From Promethearchaeota archaeon (GTDB taxonomy: Archaea > Asgardarchaeota > Lokiarchaeia > Sigyniarchaeales > SOKP01), in contig JAUVNS010000015.1 in NCBI GenBank assembly GCA_030599585.1, positions 1-64,000 on the forward strand: DNA of 64,000 nucleotides. The letters are read 5' to 3'. Each line of letters begins with the position of its first letter. The first letter of the stretch is position 1. The position numbers were made by a program, and so were the translations under genes. The notes beneath the pieces were generated by a model that saw only the letters and a list, made by a program, of their open reading frames with translations, had not been told where the DNA came from and made no database searches. Below, piece after piece: positions 61,509 through 64,000 of the stretch.

Positions 61509-62297
61509 ATGACACCTATTAATGACCAAAATCCCATAATCCCCATAGATCATCCCCGTTATGAAAGTTTAAAATATAGGCACAAGATAATTGAGGGAAT
61601 GAAAAATTTAATTGTTGCTGAGGCCGGTTTAATTGCTCATGGGCGAGGAGAATGTTTTGATTACATGCTAGGGGAAACAACCAACGAGACAGCAAAAGAA
61701 GCTATAATTGCTGCAGTTGCATTGCTTCTTACAGCATCAAATGCCGTTATTAGCGTTAATGGAAACACTGCAGCTTTATGTCCAAATGAATTAGTAGAAC
61801 TATCAGAGATTATAAATGCACCACTTGAAATTAACCTATTTTATAGAAAAAAAGGAAGAATTGAAGCAATTAAGAATGTATTACAAGGTGCGGGAGCTAA
61901 AAAGATTCTGGGGCTCGACGAACGTATTATGGTCGAAATAGAAGAATTGTCTAGCAATAGAAGAAATGTGGATCCGAATGGTATAAAAATCGCTGATGTC
62001 GTATTCGTCCCCCTTGAGGACGGAGATAGAACAGAAGCTTTGAAAAAAATTGGGAAAATAGTAGTCGCAGTCGATTTAAATCCAATAAGTAGAACTTCTC
62101 TATGGGCTGACATTACAATAGTAGACAATTTTATAAGAGTAATGCCGGAAATGATTAAGATTGCTAAGAAATTAAAAGACGCCGATGAAAAAGAACTAAT
62201 AAATATTATTAAAAGATTTGATAATAAAAAAAATATTCAAGCGTCTTTAAACACAATAATTAAATACACAAAAAAACAAAAAAAAAAGCTTTTATGA
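61509..62297 (+). CDS. Phosphopantothenate synthetase (archaeal PPS)
   Basis: 'IPIDHPRYESL', 'GLIAHGRGECFDY', 'SVNGN', 'VPLEDGDRTEAL', 'DLNPISRT'. Confidence 0.93.
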   Translation: MTPINDQNPIIPIDHPRYESLKYRHKIIEGMKNLIVAEAGLIAHGRGECFDYMLGETTNETAKEAIIAAVALLLTASNAVISVNGNTAALCPNELVELSEIINAPLEINLFYRKKGRIEAIKNVLQGAGAKKILGLDERIMVEIEELSSNRRNVDPNGIKIADVVFVPLEDGDRTEALKKIGKIVVAVDLNPISRTSLWADITIVDNFIRVMPEMIKIAKKLKDADEKELINIIKRFDNKKNIQASLNTIIKYTKKQKKKLL

Positions 62298-62423
62298 ATT
62301 TATGAAATTAAGGAACAGCATTTAAAGCTTTTAGTTAATTAAAAAAGCTTAAAAAGTTCTAAAATAATACTTATTTAGCAACTATTTAATATATAAAGAA
62401 CAAGTTCTAGGGCTCATATAATA

Positions 62424-62948
62424 ATGGGTACAGAAAAAGATACGCAGATCAATTCCTCCAGCAATTTCCGCGACACCAACCCTATTGTGGTAAGAAGATG
62501 TACCCTAGAGGATCTAGAAGGCGTTATCAAAGTAAACGAACAAGAATTACCAGAAGATTACCCCTATTTCTTTTATAAAAGTATCCTAGATAATTATCCT
62601 GAGTCATTCCTCGTAGCGTGTAACAGTAATAAGGAAATTATCGGATACATAATGTGGAGAGTTGAAAGAACCCCCGCAATTACAAGCCTGAAATTAAAAA
62701 ATAATGGACATCTCGTCTCTATTGCCGTCTTAAAAAACTATAGAAGATTAGGAATTGCTACCACGCTCCTATCTCACTCCATGAAAAAAATTAAAAAATA
62801 CAAAATTGACGAATACGTGTTAGAAGTAAGGATTAGCAACTTTGAAGCTACTAACTTATACAAGAGATTTAAGTTCATTACTCACAGCATAAAAGAAAAG
62901 TATTATAGAGACGGAGAAAATGCCTATTACATGGTCTTCAAAGCGTAA
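62424..62948 (+). CDS. Ard1/RimI-type N-terminal acetyltransferase
   Basis: 'LPEDY', 'GHLVSIAV...RRLGIA', 'LEVRISN', 'YYRDGENAYYM'. Confidence 0.92.
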   Translation: MGTEKDTQINSSSNFRDTNPIVVRRCTLEDLEGVIKVNEQELPEDYPYFFYKSILDNYPESFLVACNSNKEIIGYIMWRVERTPAITSLKLKNNGHLVSIAVLKNYRRLGIATTLLSHSMKKIKKYKIDEYVLEVRISNFEATNLYKRFKFITHSIKEKYYRDGENAYYMVFKA

Positions 62949-62956
62949 ACATCAAA

Positions 62957-63961
62957 TTAAAAAGAACGCTCTAATCCCTTAATTAAAGTAGTTAATAACT
63001 CATTTGTGACTACTTCTATCCTCAACTTTTTACCAAATTCTACAATTCTGCCGTTAATAAAGTCAATTTCGGTAGGCTTTCCCTTCAAAACGTCCTGCAA
63101 CATTGAGTTTTTGTTGTCATACGTTTTCTTCGCTACAGAATACATTAACTCGACGTAATCTCTATTCGATAGATTTACTTGCTTCTCATGCGCTATTTCT
63201 AAAGCCTCCTTAACCGCCTTTCCCATTAATTTTCTTAAAGAGTTTTTCTCTAATAGCTGCCCATTTTTTAAACCCGTAAGAGCACCTATGGCATTAATAC
63301 CAATATTTACAAAAACTTTTTCCCAAGAGCATTTTATAATATCCTCAACAAACTCCGTCGGCAGACCCCCGGTGCTCATCAGATTTTTTAAAAACAGTAA
63401 ACTCTCCTCCGCTCTATCGTAATCATCAATATTCGAATTATCTGGTTTCAAATAAGCAAATCCAATTTTTGTAAATCCTATACCAGTGTGACGCACATGC
63501 CCATAATCCTCTAATTGAGCCCCATGAGACGTAATTATTCGTAGAATCTTATTCTTATTGCAATATTCTTTTACTATAGCCTCGTTACCAATACCATTTT
63601 GTAGGATTATAAACCAATTACTTGACTCAATTAAACTCTTAAACTGAATCATCGTTCTCTCGGTATCGTACGCCTTTGTCGTAAGAAAAAGAAAATCAAA
63701 CTTATAGGATTCACTTATTTCAGAGGATCCCGTAAAATCATTAACGCTTTCGTAAGCTTTAATGTTTTTCAAAAATATATCTTTATCGGAAGCAGTCAAG
63801 CGTAATCCTTCCTTGTTTATCGCAACGACGTGATTTCTCCTTCCAAAAAAAATTATCTCTAAAGGATTCTCGTCAGAGTGAATAGAGGCAAGATATCCTC
63901 CAAACAAACTACCTATTGACCCTGCTCCAATAAATCCAATTTTTACTACTTTTTGACTCAA
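62957..63961 (-). CDS. panE: 2-dehydropantoate 2-reductase
   Basis: 'GAGSIG', 'TTKAYD', 'LQNGIG', 'WEKVFVN', 'SMLQD', 'TEIDFING'. Confidence 0.93.
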   Translation of the reverse strand: MSQKVVKIGFIGAGSIGSLFGGYLASIHSDENPLEIIFFGRRNHVVAINKEGLRLTASDKDIFLKNIKAYESVNDFTGSSEISESYKFDFLFLTTKAYDTERTMIQFKSLIESSNWFIILQNGIGNEAIVKEYCNKNKILRIITSHGAQLEDYGHVRHTGIGFTKIGFAYLKPDNSNIDDYDRAEESLLFLKNLMSTGGLPTEFVEDIIKCSWEKVFVNIGINAIGALTGLKNGQLLEKNSLRKLMGKAVKEALEIAHEKQVNLSNRDYVELMYSVAKKTYDNKNSMLQDVLKGKPTEIDFINGRIVEFGKKLRIEVVTNELLTTLIKGLERSF

Positions 63962-64000
63962 AGTTTAACTAACTCTTCTTAGCAATAAAAATCCTACTTC

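Overview
Low-GC chromosomal segment of an Asgard archaeon, most likely Lokiarchaeia. This is inferred from an archaeal 16S gene plus profilin-like, roadblock, MglA-like and Rab-like GTPase, V4R and RING proteins alongside FtsZ, Cdc6, thermosome, aRF1, RPA and TFB. Most of the window is housekeeping: translation and ribosome biogenesis, CoA and methanofuran synthesis, a Tad/type IV pilus-like locus, and a 16S-tRNA-Ala unit with no adjacent 23S. Main discoveries from the raw sequence: (1) a duplicated cassette of a DUF885-like HEGYPGHH metallopeptidase followed by two SD-led micro-ORFs encoding 9-10 aa peptides of the form M-P-G-x5-P (MPGEDGIAP, MPGRDRFHP, MPGRDNIQP, MPGQPGTFPK), with a conserved hairpin and a proC 3' tail in front of each copy, which is a candidate undescribed micropeptide (RiPP-like or signalling) system; (2) a tRNA-Asn(GTT) gene with four BHB-type introns and a 4-nt micro-exon, within a very intron-rich tRNA set; (3) aIF1/SUI1 and a DhnA/AroA'-type aldolase that appear to start at ATT; (4) a roadblock + DENN-like + MglA-like GTPase operon facing a second GTPase that lacks the MglA catalytic arginine. 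All family assignments come from motif recognition by eye; no searches were run.
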